Shown here piece by piece: positions 34,008 through 45,388 of a stretch of 64,000 bases of DNA. The position numbers were made by a program, and so were the translations under genes. Source of the stretch: Opitutales bacterium (lineage in GTDB: Bacteria; Verrucomicrobiota; Verrucomicrobiia; Opitutales; UBA2987); NCBI GenBank assembly GCA_965226885.1, contig CBDDEL010000017.1, forward strand, positions 704,001 to 768,000, given 5' to 3'. Within the stretch, counting starts at the first letter, position 1; the number at the start of each line of letters is the position of its first letter. Under the pieces are notes generated by a model. That model was not told the DNA's origin and ran no database searches. It saw nothing but the letters and a program-made list of their open reading frames with translations.

Positions 34008-35300
34008 TCAAGACTTTCTCAAATTTTTTAGGGCATTGGAAAGCTTTTTCCGTGCTTTAGCAGCTTGCGGAATAGCTTTATTAGAGTCCAGAGGATTTTG
34101 TTCCTCCGGATCGGCGGTGAGGTCGTAAAAGCGGCTGTCGTTATATAGTTTCCAATTTTTGGAACGAATCCAGTAAGTCCCCTCATGTTCGGTATAAACC
34201 CACTCGCGCGGCGTATAGGCGCCACCGGTCATCAGCCCGGCAAAACTATGCCCATCGATCTTAAAATCCGGCCTCGAACGGTCCGCCAGTTCATTCAGTG
34301 TGGGCAGAATATCACTGAAATCAATAAGGTCTGAGGAAACGGAACCGGCTGGAATTTTACCCGGCCAGCGGGCAATGGTGGGAACCCGCGTTCCCCAGTC
34401 GGTGAAACTTTTTTTTCCGCCTGGAATTTTAACCCCATTCATAATTGAAAAATTAGACTCCTCGATTAATCGCCCGTTTTCATGGCGGATGAAGGTTGTG
34501 TCCGCGGTGCCGTTGTCGCTGGTGAAAAGGATAACGGTTTCATTCTTCAAACCGAGATGATCGACCGCATCCACGACTTTGCCCACGAGGCGGTCCGTCT
34601 GTTCCATCATCTCGCCGAAATTATCATAACGCCCCTTGGGTCCGTAGGGCGGAAACGGCAGGAAGTCGTCCGAGACGTCATGGCACAAAGCCATCGAGTG
34701 ATAGGCAAAAAACGGACCGTAACGGTCTTTGACATCCTCTCTGAGACGCCCGTTTTGCCAGATGCGGGGTTGATGGTAGCGGGGGCCTTCATGCCAGCCA
34801 AAGAGGCAGTATTCGTCGAAACCCAAACGATGCGGATGATCCGGTTCATCCTTCAAAAGTGCGATCTGCCATTTGCCCGCGATGGCGGTGGCGTAACCCG
34901 CCTTTTTCAACTCGTGGGCAATAGTCTGCATTTCCGCGCGGGCCGGAAAGGTCCCCCAATCGGGGTTGCCCAGCCGAAAAGGGTATTGCCCGGTCATAAG
35001 GCAAATGCGCGTTGGATGGCACACGGGCGCCGAATAAACGTGCTCGAAACGCATGCCCGCCGCCGCCAGTTGGTCGATACGGGGAGTTTTGTAGGATTCG
35101 CCTCCATAGCAGCCGATCGCCTCCCTCCCGACATCATCGAGCATGATCAAAAGGATATTGGGCCTCTCCGTCCCTTCACCCCAACCCTCCGCGGCCCGCA
35201 AAGTTCCGGCCAAAGGAAGCGCCAAACCGGCCTTACCCATAGTCCTCAAAAAATCCCGCCTGCTCTTGTTTTTATTATTATTAATATTTTTTGAATTCAT
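34008..35300 (-). CDS. Tat-exported S1 sulfatase, probable internal deletion
   Basis: SRRDFL Tat motif, PNILLIMLDD, CHPTR, GKWQ, TSDNG. YGP is followed directly by FFAY. Confidence 0.88.
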   Translation of the reverse strand: MNSKNINNNKNKSRRDFLRTMGKAGLALPLAGTLRAAEGWGEGTERPNILLIMLDDVGREAIGCYGGESYKTPRIDQLAAAGMRFEHVYSAPVCHPTRICLMTGQYPFRLGNPDWGTFPARAEMQTIAHELKKAGYATAIAGKWQIALLKDEPDHPHRLGFDEYCLFGWHEGPRYHQPRIWQNGRLREDVKDRYGPFFAYHSMALCHDVSDDFLPFPPYGPKGRYDNFGEMMEQTDRLVGKVVDAVDHLGLKNETVILFTSDNGTADTTFIRHENGRLIEESNFSIMNGVKIPGGKKSFTDWGTRVPTIARWPGKIPAGSVSSDLIDFSDILPTLNELADRSRPDFKIDGHSFAGLMTGGAYTPREWVYTEHEGTYWIRSKNWKLYNDSRFYDLTADPEEQNPLDSNKAIPQAAKARKKLSNALKNLRKS

Positions 35301-35305
35301 TTCAA

Positions 35306-36280
35306 TTACTCCCATAAATCTGTGCTTAAATACTTGAGACCAGAATCGTTGATGAGGGTGGCGACGGTTTTTCCTATTAGCGGTCCATCGAGTAATTGTA
35401 GGGCCGCCGCGATGTTGGCCCCGGACGAAAATCCGGCGAATATCCCTTCTTTTTTGGCCAATTGGCGGGCCCACTGGATGGCTTCTTCATCCGAAACCGT
35501 TAAAAATCCGTCAATATGTTTACGGTTCAGGTATTGCAGGTCGGTCAGGGAATAACCCCCGCCCTGTATCCGGTGGCGGCCGGATCCGACGAGTGGTTTT
35601 CCGGCCAGAACGGCGGCCTTTTCGGGCTCCACCACGAAACACTGGATGGCCGGATCGTGCTCCTTCAAAGCGGCTGCGCAACCGGCAAAAGAGCCTCCCG
35701 ACCCCACAAAATCGCAAAACCCGTCAATAGCTCCCCCCGACTGGCGGATAAACTCCGGGCCGGTGTAGAGGTAATGGGCGTTGAAATTGCCTTCGAGCAC
35801 AAATTGATCGGCCCGAAAGGCGTTTCTCTCTTTGGTTAATTCGACCGCTTTATTTTCGACCAGTTCCAGATCGCCGCCGGACACTTTGCCCGCAATCGAT
35901 CCCGGCAACTGGTCCACCAGGACAACCTCCGCTCCCAAGGCCGCCATCATGCGGGCCCTTTCCCTAGAATTACCCTTGGACATAACAGCGACAAAAGGAT
36001 AGCCTTTGACCCCGCAAATAATGGCCAGACCGGTCCCCGTATTGCCGCTGGTCAGCTCGACAACGGTTTGTCCCGGCCGCAGGGCGCCGCTTTTTTCCGC
36101 ATCCTCAATGATCTGCCGGGCAATCCTGTCCTTTTTGGAAAAACCCGGATTCAAATAATCGAGTTTGGCCAAAATCCGTCCCTCCAGCCCCAACCCGCCG
36201 GTCAACCGGCTCAACTCGACCAAAGGCGTGCAACCGATGGCCTCGATGGCTGATTTTACCAAAAAATCTTCCCGGTTCAT
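35306..36280 (-). CDS. PLP-dependent cysteine synthase-family protein
   Basis: IGCTPLV, NPGFSKKDRIA, TSGNTG, GSGG, EGIFAGFSSGA. True start probably ATG 36280, since the longer ORF overlaps the tRNA. Confidence 0.9.
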   Translation of the reverse strand: MNREDFLVKSAIEAIGCTPLVELSRLTGGLGLEGRILAKLDYLNPGFSKKDRIARQIIEDAEKSGALRPGQTVVELTSGNTGTGLAIICGVKGYPFVAVMSKGNSRERARMMAALGAEVVLVDQLPGSIAGKVSGGDLELVENKAVELTKERNAFRADQFVLEGNFNAHYLYTGPEFIRQSGGAIDGFCDFVGSGGSFAGCAAALKEHDPAIQCFVVEPEKAAVLAGKPLVGSGRHRIQGGGYSLTDLQYLNRKHIDGFLTVSDEEAIQWARQLAKKEGIFAGFSSGANIAAALQLLDGPLIGKTVATLINDSGLKYLSTDLWE

Positions 36281-36343
36281 GGATGAAACTCTTTTATCAG
36301 ACCCTTCAAAGGCGCTGCAAATACCATTGCGTATAAAATAAAT

Positions 36344-36419
36344 TGGTGGAGCCGATCGGGATCGAACCGACGACCTCGTCATTGCGAACGACGCGCTCTT
36401 CCGACTGAGCTACGGCCCC
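36344..36419 (-). tRNA. tRNA-Ala(CGC)
   Basis: 76 nt, GGGGCCG/CGGCTCC acceptor with G3:U70, anticodon loop TTCGCAA, GGTTCGATCC T-arm, encoded CCA. Confidence 0.96.
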
Positions 36420-36659
36420 ATGTCATGGGTGTTATTGGATCGTTATATCCAGTAGAGGACCGCCTCTCCCGAGTCAATCCGATGTTTGGGCAAGCAACGG
36501 CAAATAAAAATTTATTTTTCATAAATTTTGTTTTTAAAGCTTGATTCGATGGCAAAAACCGCTACTCACGCTGGCTTTGTTTGAAGAAAACAAGAATTAC
36601 ATTAATCGACAATTAATTGCAGAACGGAGAAATGATTTTCGAATAGAATACATAACATC

Positions 36660-37069
36660 ATGAGCAACAAATCTTTAAAGAATAAATTAACCACCGCACC
36701 GAAAAAAGCGTTGAAGAAAACCGCGACCGTAAAAAAGACGGTTGCCAGGAAACCGGCCCCCCGCAAACCCCGCGCATCAACCGGAAAACGGCTCCGAAAA
36801 AGGCCCAAGCGCCCATCACCACCGTCATCGCGAAAATCGATGTCGGTTTCGGCAATCAGCTTTTCATCCGGGGCAATGGGGCCCATCTGACTTGGGACCG
36901 CGGCATTGCCATGGACAATATCACCAACGATGAGTGGAAGCTTAGCTCAAGCGAAATCCGGGATGACTTCGAGTGCAAGTTTCTCATCAACGACCGCATT
37001 TGGTCGGCCGGGGAGAACCTTACCCTCAAGGCCGGAAAGCAATTGGTGGTCGAGCCGAAATTTTCCTGA
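36660..37069 (+). pseudogene. Lys/Ala-rich N-terminus plus small CBM-like beta domain, frameshifted near 36785
   Basis: Second frame gives TTVIAKIDVGFGNQLFIRGNGAHLTWDRG..KFLINDRIWSAGEN..PKFS*; one A is missing in GGAAAACG. Confidence 0.7.
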
Positions 37070-37099
37070 ACGCGTTTCATCTCTGGCTCAATGGTTCTG

Positions 37100-37762
37100 T
37101 CATTCGTCCGGATCGGGGGAAATTTTCATCATCTCCTTTTTTAAAAAGGCCGCCCCTTCCTCCACGGATTCCACGCCGAGGGATTCGTAATGGGGAAAGT
37201 AGCGCACCTTCATCTCGACCCTGGAGAAGGGAACGGGCAAGTAGAAGCGATCCCAGCTACGCAATCGCCAAGCTCGCTCCAACCGGCCGGAAATGAGCAT
37301 GATGGGGGCGCCCGCTTGCTTGGCCACACGCACTGCGCCTTTTTTAAAATCGTAACGGGGCCCCCTCGGTCCATCAGGGGTCAAGCCGATGTCTTTGCCC
37401 GATTGGAGTGTTTTTATCAACTCACGAGAAGATTCCAAGGTGCGCTGGCTACTCGATCCACGGACCGAGCCTAGACCCATCAATGAAAAAAAAGCGGCTA
37501 GCCAGGCCCCGTCCCGGCTGGCGCTGACCAATCCGCAGACCCCCCGGTGCTTGCGAAAGCGGCGGAAAACACTGGCCGCCAGAAAAAGCCGGTTATGCCA
37601 TAGAATAATGACCGTTGGGGAATCCTCGCGCGTTAATATTTCCAGCTCGGGAGGGCTGATGCGAAGCCGGATGGTGGCGCCCCAGAGACGCGCCAGGATG
37701 CTCAAAGGCCATAATGCCAGCTTGCGCCAACCGGAAATTTGATGTACTGGCTCAGGCTCCAT
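37100..37762 (-). CDS. DUF374 / lysophospholipid acyltransferase-family protein
   Basis: LWHNRL, SASRDG, VRGSSS, TPDGPRGP, SWDRF. Confidence 0.88.
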   Translation of the reverse strand: MEPEPVHQISGWRKLALWPLSILARLWGATIRLRISPPELEILTREDSPTVIILWHNRLFLAASVFRRFRKHRGVCGLVSASRDGAWLAAFFSLMGLGSVRGSSSQRTLESSRELIKTLQSGKDIGLTPDGPRGPRYDFKKGAVRVAKQAGAPIMLISGRLERAWRLRSWDRFYLPVPFSRVEMKVRYFPHYESLGVESVEEGAAFLKKEMMKISPDPDE

Positions 37763-37860
37763 TCAAAAAATCTACATTTCAATTTACATTAACCATTACA
37801 GGATTTAGCCGCCTTTTGGTCAAAAGCAAACCCTTAGGTATCGAAGGCGGCGCGCCCATC

Positions 37861-38409
37861 ATGCCCGAATCGCCACAACCATGTCCCCACCTTCCGCCGG
37901 CCTTGCCCGATATGGATTGGAGGCGCCTGCACGCTTTCGGCAAAGTCCGCGATATTGAATTTTACCTGATGGCCTTGCGTTACGCGCAATATCTTTGGCT
38001 CGATGGCCTTGCGGGCCGGGCGATCCTGGCCTTGACCCGTGGACTCTATGCGGATCTCAATGGATGCGAGGGGACATTGGCCCGATGGCCGCTGCCCTAC
38101 CGCGCCTTGCAGTGGTTTCTTCTAAACCACCGGGAGGATTACGGATTTTTGGGCAATCCGCGAATCAGTTACCAGCACCAGGCGGGCCGCATTCGGGGCC
38201 GGAGGCAGCAACGACTATCCTGGCGGGCGTGGGCCTGCTGGCATATTGTCAGGCAATCCAGGCCGGACTTCGAAGCGGACCGCGGGCACCTCATCGAAGA
38301 ACCGGAAAAAAGCGGCATCATAACGGGCCTGAAAACCCACGGCATCGCTGGTGAACTGGAAATTTGGCAGGCGGTCGTGGGTAGTCAATTGACCGTCAAC
38401 GCAAAATAG
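37861..38409 (+). CDS. Hypothetical protein
   Basis: Open frame with plausible composition; ATG at 37861 avoids overlap with the divergent gene. Confidence 0.65.
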   Translation: MPESPQPCPHLPPALPDMDWRRLHAFGKVRDIEFYLMALRYAQYLWLDGLAGRAILALTRGLYADLNGCEGTLARWPLPYRALQWFLLNHREDYGFLGNPRISYQHQAGRIRGRRQQRLSWRAWACWHIVRQSRPDFEADRGHLIEEPEKSGIITGLKTHGIAGELEIWQAVVGSQLTVNAK

Positions 38410-38451
38410 CTGAACAAGCCGGGGCCGCGCGCTGGCATAGTTTGTTTCATT

Positions 38452-39519
38452 TCAGAAGCTTTTGAATCTGCCCTTGTAGCGTTGAACCAGTTCCCGCATT
38501 TCCCCGGCATTATTTTCTTTCATCCCAAAACCGATAAAATGAATGCGCGCCTTCTTCTCCAAGGTTCGTTGTAGATTTTCCAAATCCTGGGTAAGTTCGC
38601 TCCAAGGCACATTCTGATAGCGTTTTCCTGGATTGTCGCGCTGAAAAGAACCATCCGAAATAATGAGGATGACATCGGGATTGAACTAAAAAGCCGCCGC
38701 CAAAACCGATTGAATCCCGTTCGGGTCCTTCAAAGTCCAGTTACGCCCGCTGCTGCCGGTGGTTTTGAACTCGGTGCGGAGCCATTCGCGGGCCGCCATT
38801 TTGTTGCTTTTGGTGGCCGCAACCAGGTATTCGGCAAAAAGATCGTAGCGGCGGCTGAATTGGATAAGAGCAAAGAGACTATTGGCATTGAGGCTGTCCA
38901 CGGCCCTGCCCGTTTCATCGCGAACCCGCTGGATATCCATATCGCTCCTGGCCATGTTATCGACCACGGAACTAGAAATATCAAAAGTAATCACGAGGCG
39001 TTTGGCTTCATCCGAAATGCCCAGTATGGAAAATTGGGAAACCTCCATGTTGAAACCCTCCAACCCGCTCAGCAACCCGCTCCGGCCCAATAAAGATTCC
39101 CCTAATTGCGGGCTTAAATCGCTCCTCAAGGCGTTGGTTTCCATATATGGCAATTGCGGCAGGGAGGGCAAGGAATCGGGCAGCAGCTTATCCGCAGTCA
39201 GCCTGCTCAACAAAGCTGGCGGGGTCGAAAGCTTCCGCAATTCAGCCAAAGTGGCGCGATGCTCCAGCTCCCGCTGAGGAAGGTAAATGGTCTTTTTGGC
39301 CACAAATTCAGGTTCAGGACTAAGCCGCGGAACGAGGACCACCACAAACCCCGTGCCGGCCAAAAGCAATGCCTGCAAAATCAGGGCCAGGAACAAAGGG
39401 CCCGATTTAAACCTCCAGGAATCAAAAACCCTGTCCCTTATTTTTTCACCAAAAATTGAAGCGCGCATAGTCCGGCCTAAAACGACCTGCAATCTTGCTC
39501 CAGACAACTGCCAAGACAA
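38452..39519 (-). pseudogene. Membrane-anchored vWA-like protein with in-frame TAG at 38686-38688
   Basis: TM helix and FDISSS MIDAS-like motif. The frame continues past TAG: FNPDVILIISDGSFQ..IHFIGFG..KGRFKSF*. Start uncertain. Confidence 0.7.
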
Positions 39520-39597
39520 GATTAAAGGCCGATTCCCCCCCGGCGGCCCGATTTAATATATTTCGGCAGTTTTCCAAAATATATTCAGAAACGCCAC

Positions 39598-39625
39598 TTG
39601 ACAGGGCACAGTGAACTCATAGGTT
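39598..39625 (+). promoter_or_regulatory. Putative sigma70 promoter for tRNA-Asp
   Basis: TTGACA at 39598, then TAGGTT after 16 bp. Confidence 0.4.
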
Positions 39626-39650
39626 TTAATCCTTCCACACCGAACCGAAA

Positions 39651-39728
<78 letters not shown>

Positions 39729-39797
39729 ATTTTTCTGTTGACTATCAACGATTTAGGCAATTTGCCTTGACCGTGTTGCCAAAATAATTTTATAGAA

Positions 39798-41027
39798 TTG
39801 GCAACCGTGCCTTCCAGGAAGATCAAAATAGCTAAGTTTCGTAACCGTAATGGGGCCATTTCCTGGCGGGTATCCGGGACGGTCAACGGAGTGCGTATCC
39901 GCAAGAATTTCCAGAGCCGGGCGGATGCCCTTGCCGTGCGGGAACTCTATGAGATAGAGCGTCTTAACGTCGATGCCAACTCCCGGCATGTGCGGACTAC
40001 CTTGACGCCTGGCCAGTTGCGCGAGGCCGAGAAGGTGTTTCACGGAAAGCTCAAGGACCTGGCCCAAGACAAATCGCTGTCCTTTGTCGTTGATTACTTT
40101 CTGGACACATACAAAGACCCAGAGACAGAGAAAAAGCTCTCTGAGGCCATTGGCAACTATCTGGCAACCAAAGAGGCCCATGTGCCTAAGATCATATCGA
40201 GAAGGCAGTATAATGGTATCAGGGGAGAGCTTCTCAGGATCGAGGCCGCCTTTCCGGGCAGTCTATTGGTGGATATTACAACAGACGCTCTCACAGCCTA
40301 CCTTGAGAAGGGCAATTTCACGTTGAAAACTTGGAATAATAAAAGAGGATATTTAAGCACCTTTTTTAAGCATGGTCTAATAAAGGGCTGGATCGCCTCA
40401 AATCCTGTTGAGCGAATCCTCCACCACAGGATCAAGCATCGGCGCGGGACGGCGGAAACCTTGACGGCCGAGGATTGCGAGCGATTGATGGCGTTCCTTG
40501 AAACCTATTCGGGGTGTGAAGTGACCAAAAACCGGTATCCTGGGATAATGGTCAATTTCTTTGCCCTGGTTTTACTTGCAGGGATTCGGCCTGACTGGAC
40601 CGATGGCGAGATAAAGAGATTGAAACCGGAGCACATTAACGCGGCGACCGGAGTAATTCATATCGAGCCGGAGGTATCCAAAATCAATGAAAAGCGCAAT
40701 ATTCAGATACAGCCCAACTTGGCGGCTTGGCTGACCCGGTATCCTTTAGAGAGGTATCCGATCATACCGCCGGGATGCAGTAAGATGCGCTTGGAAATCC
40801 GAAAAAGATTCAACCTGGGCCATGATGTTGCTCGCCATACCTATGTTAGTATGCTGGTCGGCAGGGATCGCTCTGTGTCAGAGGCTGCTTTGCAGGCCGG
40901 AAATTCTGAATCTGTGATCCGTAAGCACTACCTGGACCTGAAATCGAAAGCCGAGGCCGGGCGGTTTTGGGCCATCCGCCCTGCCAAGGAAGCTGGCAAA
41001 GTGGTTGAATTTGAGGCTAGGCGGTAG
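39798..41027 (+). CDS. Tyrosine recombinase/integrase
   Basis: AGIRP (R), SK, HDVARH, AGNS, KHY catalytic set; lies 70 bp after the tRNA 3' end. Confidence 0.9.
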   Translation: MATVPSRKIKIAKFRNRNGAISWRVSGTVNGVRIRKNFQSRADALAVRELYEIERLNVDANSRHVRTTLTPGQLREAEKVFHGKLKDLAQDKSLSFVVDYFLDTYKDPETEKKLSEAIGNYLATKEAHVPKIISRRQYNGIRGELLRIEAAFPGSLLVDITTDALTAYLEKGNFTLKTWNNKRGYLSTFFKHGLIKGWIASNPVERILHHRIKHRRGTAETLTAEDCERLMAFLETYSGCEVTKNRYPGIMVNFFALVLLAGIRPDWTDGEIKRLKPEHINAATGVIHIEPEVSKINEKRNIQIQPNLAAWLTRYPLERYPIIPPGCSKMRLEIRKRFNLGHDVARHTYVSMLVGRDRSVSEAALQAGNSESVIRKHYLDLKSKAEAGRFWAIRPAKEAGKVVEFEARR

Positions 41028-41088
41028 CTAAAAGAGAGGAACTTTACACACTTTTCCTTTTCGGTTTACCACAGTCGCGCCCCCTAAC

Positions 41089-43065
41089 CCATCTTCGACA
41101 GTTCAAAAAGTTAAAGGGCTTATCTATGCGGATTCGGGATTAATTTTTGCCGTTAGTCTGCACTACATTTTGGATGATTTTGGGGCGGGTGGGCAGTTTT
41201 AGGCCCATTTTCTTGAGGAGGTCGGTACAGAGTTTTTCCGGTTTGCCTACCAGCCGTAAACGCGCTTCGCGTCCCCCTCGCAGCGGTGCCACCACGTCCA
41301 TTGAGCGTAGATTTTCCAGTTCGTGCAACACTTGCCGCGCACAGGTGCCGAGGCCTTTGGCCTGCAGCCAGCTTTTCAGGGCGCGCCACATCGCCAGAGC
41401 CAGAAAACAGATCAGAATGTGCGCTTGCACACGCTTTTCTTTGTGGTGATAGACCGGCCGCAGCCCCAAGTCGCTTTTGGCGCAACGAAAGGCTGCCTCG
41501 GCCTGTGTCAGTTGTATATACCACCGCCACAGCTTTTGTGGGTCTTCCTCCTGGCAGTTGGTTCGCAGCAGATAGGTCCCGTGGGCCAGTTGGGACCAAT
41601 CGGCTTTGCTCTCGTCTTCGGTGATTTGCAATGCGCAGGCCCGTCCGGCGGCGTCGATTTGCACTTCTACGGTGAATATTTTTTCGGCCAGGGTGTGGCG
41701 GCCCAGCCAGCGGCCGATACGGCGTTCAACCGGATCGAGTTTCTGCCCTCGCCGACGCAAACTCAGGTCGATCTGGTCGAGCTTTTTGCGCAAACGCTCT
41801 TTTTGCTTGCTCAGCATGGCGGCTTCTTTTTGACCCCGCCCCTGGCTGCGGCAAAGCACATATTGCTCGATCTGGGGGCAGTCGGGATGTTTCACCAGTT
41901 TGACCTCCACCCCCGCCCGCACCTCGCAAAAATCGCCTTGCTCGAGCAGATCGAGGGCAAAGTTTTTAAGATGGCTCTTGGGCGTGCCCACGATGTAACG
42001 GGCCCCTTTGCCGCGCAGGTATTCGAGGTTGGCCTCGCTCACCATGCCGCGGTCCAGCACCCAGATGCGATCGGCCACCCCGTAATGCGATTCCATCAAC
42101 TCGACCCTCTCCTGCACCGTGGTCACATCGGCGCGGTTGCCGTCGAAAACCTCATAGGCCAGGGGCAGCCCTTCGGGTGTCACCACCAGTCCAAGACATA
42201 CCTGCTTGCAATCCGGCCGCTGGGCCTGGGCATTGCCCTCGCACCGGCCCTCAAAATAGGTGCTCGTTATGTCGTATAAAAGAAACTCGAAACGCGTCCC
42301 AAACCAGCTTTCATAGCGTCCTTTAAGATGACTGAACAGTTCCCGGCGCAAGGGCAAGACACGATCCAGTCCGCGATACAAACGGTTGTCATAGACCTCA
42401 TCCACATCCACCGCCATCAAATCCTCCAGCGCCGTCGAGCCATACCAGCGCTCGGCCAGAGCCAGCTCCGAGGCCTGTTCGCAAAAACGCCCCAGCGCCA
42501 GAATCGAGGCCACCTGGGCCCAGCCCACCGACTCCCGGCCCGGCGGCAAATGCTCCTCGAAGAAACGATGCAGCCCCAGCCGCCGCCACAGCGCCAGAGC
42601 CACATACACTTTGCCAAATTGACGCACCCGCTCCACCCGTATCCGACCCAGATTCACCTGCGCCCACAACAGAGCCTCCGGTTTATCCTCGGCAAATAAA
42701 TCCAACTGCTCGGCCCCCGCAGCCTCATCATCGCCATCGAGGAGCCGACCGATCTGCTCCCAACCCAACCGCTCATCCTCATCGAGCCCCGGCTCCTTGC
42801 CAATGTGGGCCACGATGCGCTGGCGCGGCCCCTTGGCTGTGCGCACCGACTCCACCAGCGTCCAGTAATCATAATCCTGGCCCTTCTTACGACGACGATG
42901 GCGACGCAAATACATCAACACCGACCCTGCACTACTTCTCCGAAAAGGCAATAGAGTGGTCTGCACTACACGGCATTTTCACACCCCAACCCTGACAACC
43001 ATACGCCCTACAGCACGAAAAACCCTAAAAATAATCGATTTACCCCCCCCAACTGTCGAACTCAG
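41089..43065 (-). mobile_element. IS1634-family element
   Basis: Imperfect IRs CTGAGTTCGACAGTT / CCATCTTCGACAGTT; no clean TSD. Confidence 0.82.
41140..42915 (-). CDS. IS1634-family transposase
   Basis: MYLRRHRR..LVESVRT, LYDITSTYFEG, DRGMVS, EAAFRCAKSDLGLRPVYH. The RGYSRD motif is absent. Confidence 0.9.
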   Translation of the reverse strand: MYLRRHRRRKKGQDYDYWTLVESVRTAKGPRQRIVAHIGKEPGLDEDERLGWEQIGRLLDGDDEAAGAEQLDLFAEDKPEALLWAQVNLGRIRVERVRQFGKVYVALALWRRLGLHRFFEEHLPPGRESVGWAQVASILALGRFCEQASELALAERWYGSTALEDLMAVDVDEVYDNRLYRGLDRVLPLRRELFSHLKGRYESWFGTRFEFLLYDITSTYFEGRCEGNAQAQRPDCKQVCLGLVVTPEGLPLAYEVFDGNRADVTTVQERVELMESHYGVADRIWVLDRGMVSEANLEYLRGKGARYIVGTPKSHLKNFALDLLEQGDFCEVRAGVEVKLVKHPDCPQIEQYVLCRSQGRGQKEAAMLSKQKERLRKKLDQIDLSLRRRGQKLDPVERRIGRWLGRHTLAEKIFTVEVQIDAAGRACALQITEDESKADWSQLAHGTYLLRTNCQEEDPQKLWRWYIQLTQAEAAFRCAKSDLGLRPVYHHKEKRVQAHILICFLALAMWRALKSWLQAKGLGTCARQVLHELENLRSMDVVAPLRGGREARLRLVGKPEKLCTDLLKKMGLKLPTRPKIIQNVVQTNGKN

Positions 43066-44000
43066 ACTAATAGAGCAATCGGCATTCCGCAAAGCAGCTT
43101 CCCGAAGGCCCCGCCGAAAAAAGTCAGAGACACGAACCAGCCAATAGAATCCTCTCGAAGGCCGGATTGAATCAGGTAGAAGCCGAGAAAGGCCATTACT
43201 GCGCTTCGGATTGCGGTATCGACCATACCGACAATCGAAAAGAGCATGAATTGCCGCCGCTTGCGGATTCCCCGGAAGGAGGGTTTCACTGCCTCTGCAC
43301 CCGAAATCCCGTTTGACAGCTCCCTATTGCCAGCTGCTTTCGGCTTTGGCCGGCGTTGCAGCCTTTGCCATACCTGCCTCCGATAGGCGAAGAGATACGA
43401 AATCGAAGCGATCAGACCAATACTTCCCAGCACCGCAAAGGTCCCCCGCCAACCTACCTGAATCACCAGGACACCCGCCAAAGCGGGAAAAAGAACCTTT
43501 CCAATATCGCCAAAGAAATTGAGGATGCCGATCGCGGAGCCCGCTTTTTCAAGTCTGGAAACATTAGCCACCAAGGCTGTGCCAACCGGATGATAGACTC
43601 CGCCTCCGATTCCCGAAAATAGGATCAACACAAGCGTGACCGGAAAACCGAAGGCCAGCAACAAAGCGATATAACCCGCGCTGAACCACGCCGTGCCAAG
43701 CCCCAGTAGGAGTATTTCTCCTGCTTTTTCCACAAGCAGCCCGGCGGGAATCTGGGCGGCGCTGATGGCGGCGTGACTGGCCGTTTTCAGAAGACCGGAC
43801 TGGGTGTAGGACAGCCCCAGTTCCGTCGCCATGAAGGGAAGCAGCAGGGAGAGGCTGGCAATATATCCGTCATTGACGACATGGAGAAGACTGCACCAAC
43901 CCAGTTGACGCCGCCCCTCGCGATCAGAGGGGAGAGGCGATTCCCCACTCTCACTCGCCAGGGCATTCGTACGATCCCTTGTTGACTCACATGCAGGCGC
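43066..44000 (-). pseudogene. MFS transporter (Fsr-like), C-terminally truncated by IS1634
   Basis: HVVNDGY..LLP, GGVYHPVG. Only ~8 TM segments before the IS. Start uncertain. Confidence 0.8.
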
Positions 44001-44013
44001 CTTCCGGCGGCGC

Positions 44014-45357
44014 TTATTTATTCTTCCAGGAGGTGACTCCATTGACCAGTTCGTTGGCTCGGATGACGAACGGCTTCCAAGCTTCCCTCCCGCTGGTCCC
44101 GATGAGATTAAAACGAAGCACCGGTTCACCGGTTAAATCAAACTCCAGCAGACCGAAATTATCCTCGCGGGAAAAAACCGGTCGAATGCGTTTTTCCGGT
44201 TTGCGATTAGGATTAACCTCATTCGGTGTCTGGCCGAGGGGCGAACTGACCAGGTCATAGAAATCGTAACCGCCCTTTTCCGACCAGGGAATGGCATTGA
44301 GTTCGCCCTTGTGGGTATCCCCGGAAAGCAGGATGACACCGTTTATTTCGTGGTCTCGAATGAAATCGAAGAGGGCGTTGCGTTCGTGCTGATAAGAAGC
44401 CCAGGAATCTCCCCCAAACCCTTTGGTCGCTGACCAACCGCCGCCCGAAATGATTACTTTGAAGGGCGATTCACTATCTTTTAGCGACTGCTGCAACCAC
44501 TCACGCTGTTCTTTTCCCAGAAAGGTTTTGCCGGGATGGTCCGATTCTTTGTTGGGATCGCGATAGTAGCGGCAGTCGATGAAAAAGAAATCAATGCCGC
44601 CATAGCGATATTGGAAGAATACCCCCGGAGTTCCCGGCAATCCGTAGGCTGGATTGGCCCAGTAGTGTTTAAATACTTTAAGGGCATCAGCCTTGCGCGG
44701 GTGGCGCCGGTCATAATCATTGAGACCAAAATCATGATCGTCCCATACCGCCAATTGAGGAATGGTATGAATGACCGGTTGGAGAGTAGCGACATCACGC
44801 TGGCGGCGCCATTCTTCGGCTAAAATTTCCGGATCCTGCGTATCACCATAAATATTATCACCTACCCAAAAAAATAGGTCCGGTTGAAATCGGAGGACCG
44901 TTGTCCAAACGTCCTGTTTGCGGTCGAGTTGGTAGCGAGGACAGGAACCGAACGCGATACTAAAACGTCCCTTCTTCCCCTCGGGCGGGGCGGTTTTTGT
45001 ATAAAATGGCGGCAGGTCGCGTTGGTATCTGGGGGTTCCACCCTCGACCCGGAACCGATAATAATAACGAGTATCAGGTTTTAAATCACGTAGCTTCCAT
45101 TTCAAAACGTAATCCTCTTCCTTGGTGGCGGAAAGCGCCTGCTTATTCGACCGGGTGAAATCTTTTGAAGTATCGTATTCGATCTCCCCGGTGTGAGATC
45201 CACTGAGCCTTGCCCAGATGGTGATTTCATTCGGACCAACGGCCCCCACCATAGGCCCCTGCATGAAGCGAGGATAACCGATTGGATCATCGGAATAAAG
45301 GTCATCGACCCTTATTGCAATTAGCATTATTAAAAAAAGAATGTTACGTGTATTCAT
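44014..45357 (-). CDS. phoD: PhoD-family alkaline phosphatase/phosphodiesterase
   Basis: FGSC, GDNIYGD, WDDHD, IDCRYYR, LSGDTH; signal peptide. Confidence 0.92.
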   Translation of the reverse strand: MNTRNILFLIMLIAIRVDDLYSDDPIGYPRFMQGPMVGAVGPNEITIWARLSGSHTGEIEYDTSKDFTRSNKQALSATKEEDYVLKWKLRDLKPDTRYYYRFRVEGGTPRYQRDLPPFYTKTAPPEGKKGRFSIAFGSCPRYQLDRKQDVWTTVLRFQPDLFFWVGDNIYGDTQDPEILAEEWRRQRDVATLQPVIHTIPQLAVWDDHDFGLNDYDRRHPRKADALKVFKHYWANPAYGLPGTPGVFFQYRYGGIDFFFIDCRYYRDPNKESDHPGKTFLGKEQREWLQQSLKDSESPFKVIISGGGWSATKGFGGDSWASYQHERNALFDFIRDHEINGVILLSGDTHKGELNAIPWSEKGGYDFYDLVSSPLGQTPNEVNPNRKPEKRIRPVFSREDNFGLLEFDLTGEPVLRFNLIGTSGREAWKPFVIRANELVNGVTSWKNK

Positions 45358-45388
45358 TTAAGTTCTTCTCAATGAAAAGTGGCCGTGG

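Noticed and set aside
35306..36382. 358-aa extended cysteine synthase ORF
   Set aside because: The extension overlaps tRNA-Ala; ATG 36280 is more plausible.
38686..38688. In-frame TAG as pyrrolysine or stop-codon reassignment
   Set aside because: TAG ends apparently complete genes here (23151, 28597, 41027) and no pyl genes are seen; a nonsense mutation is simpler.
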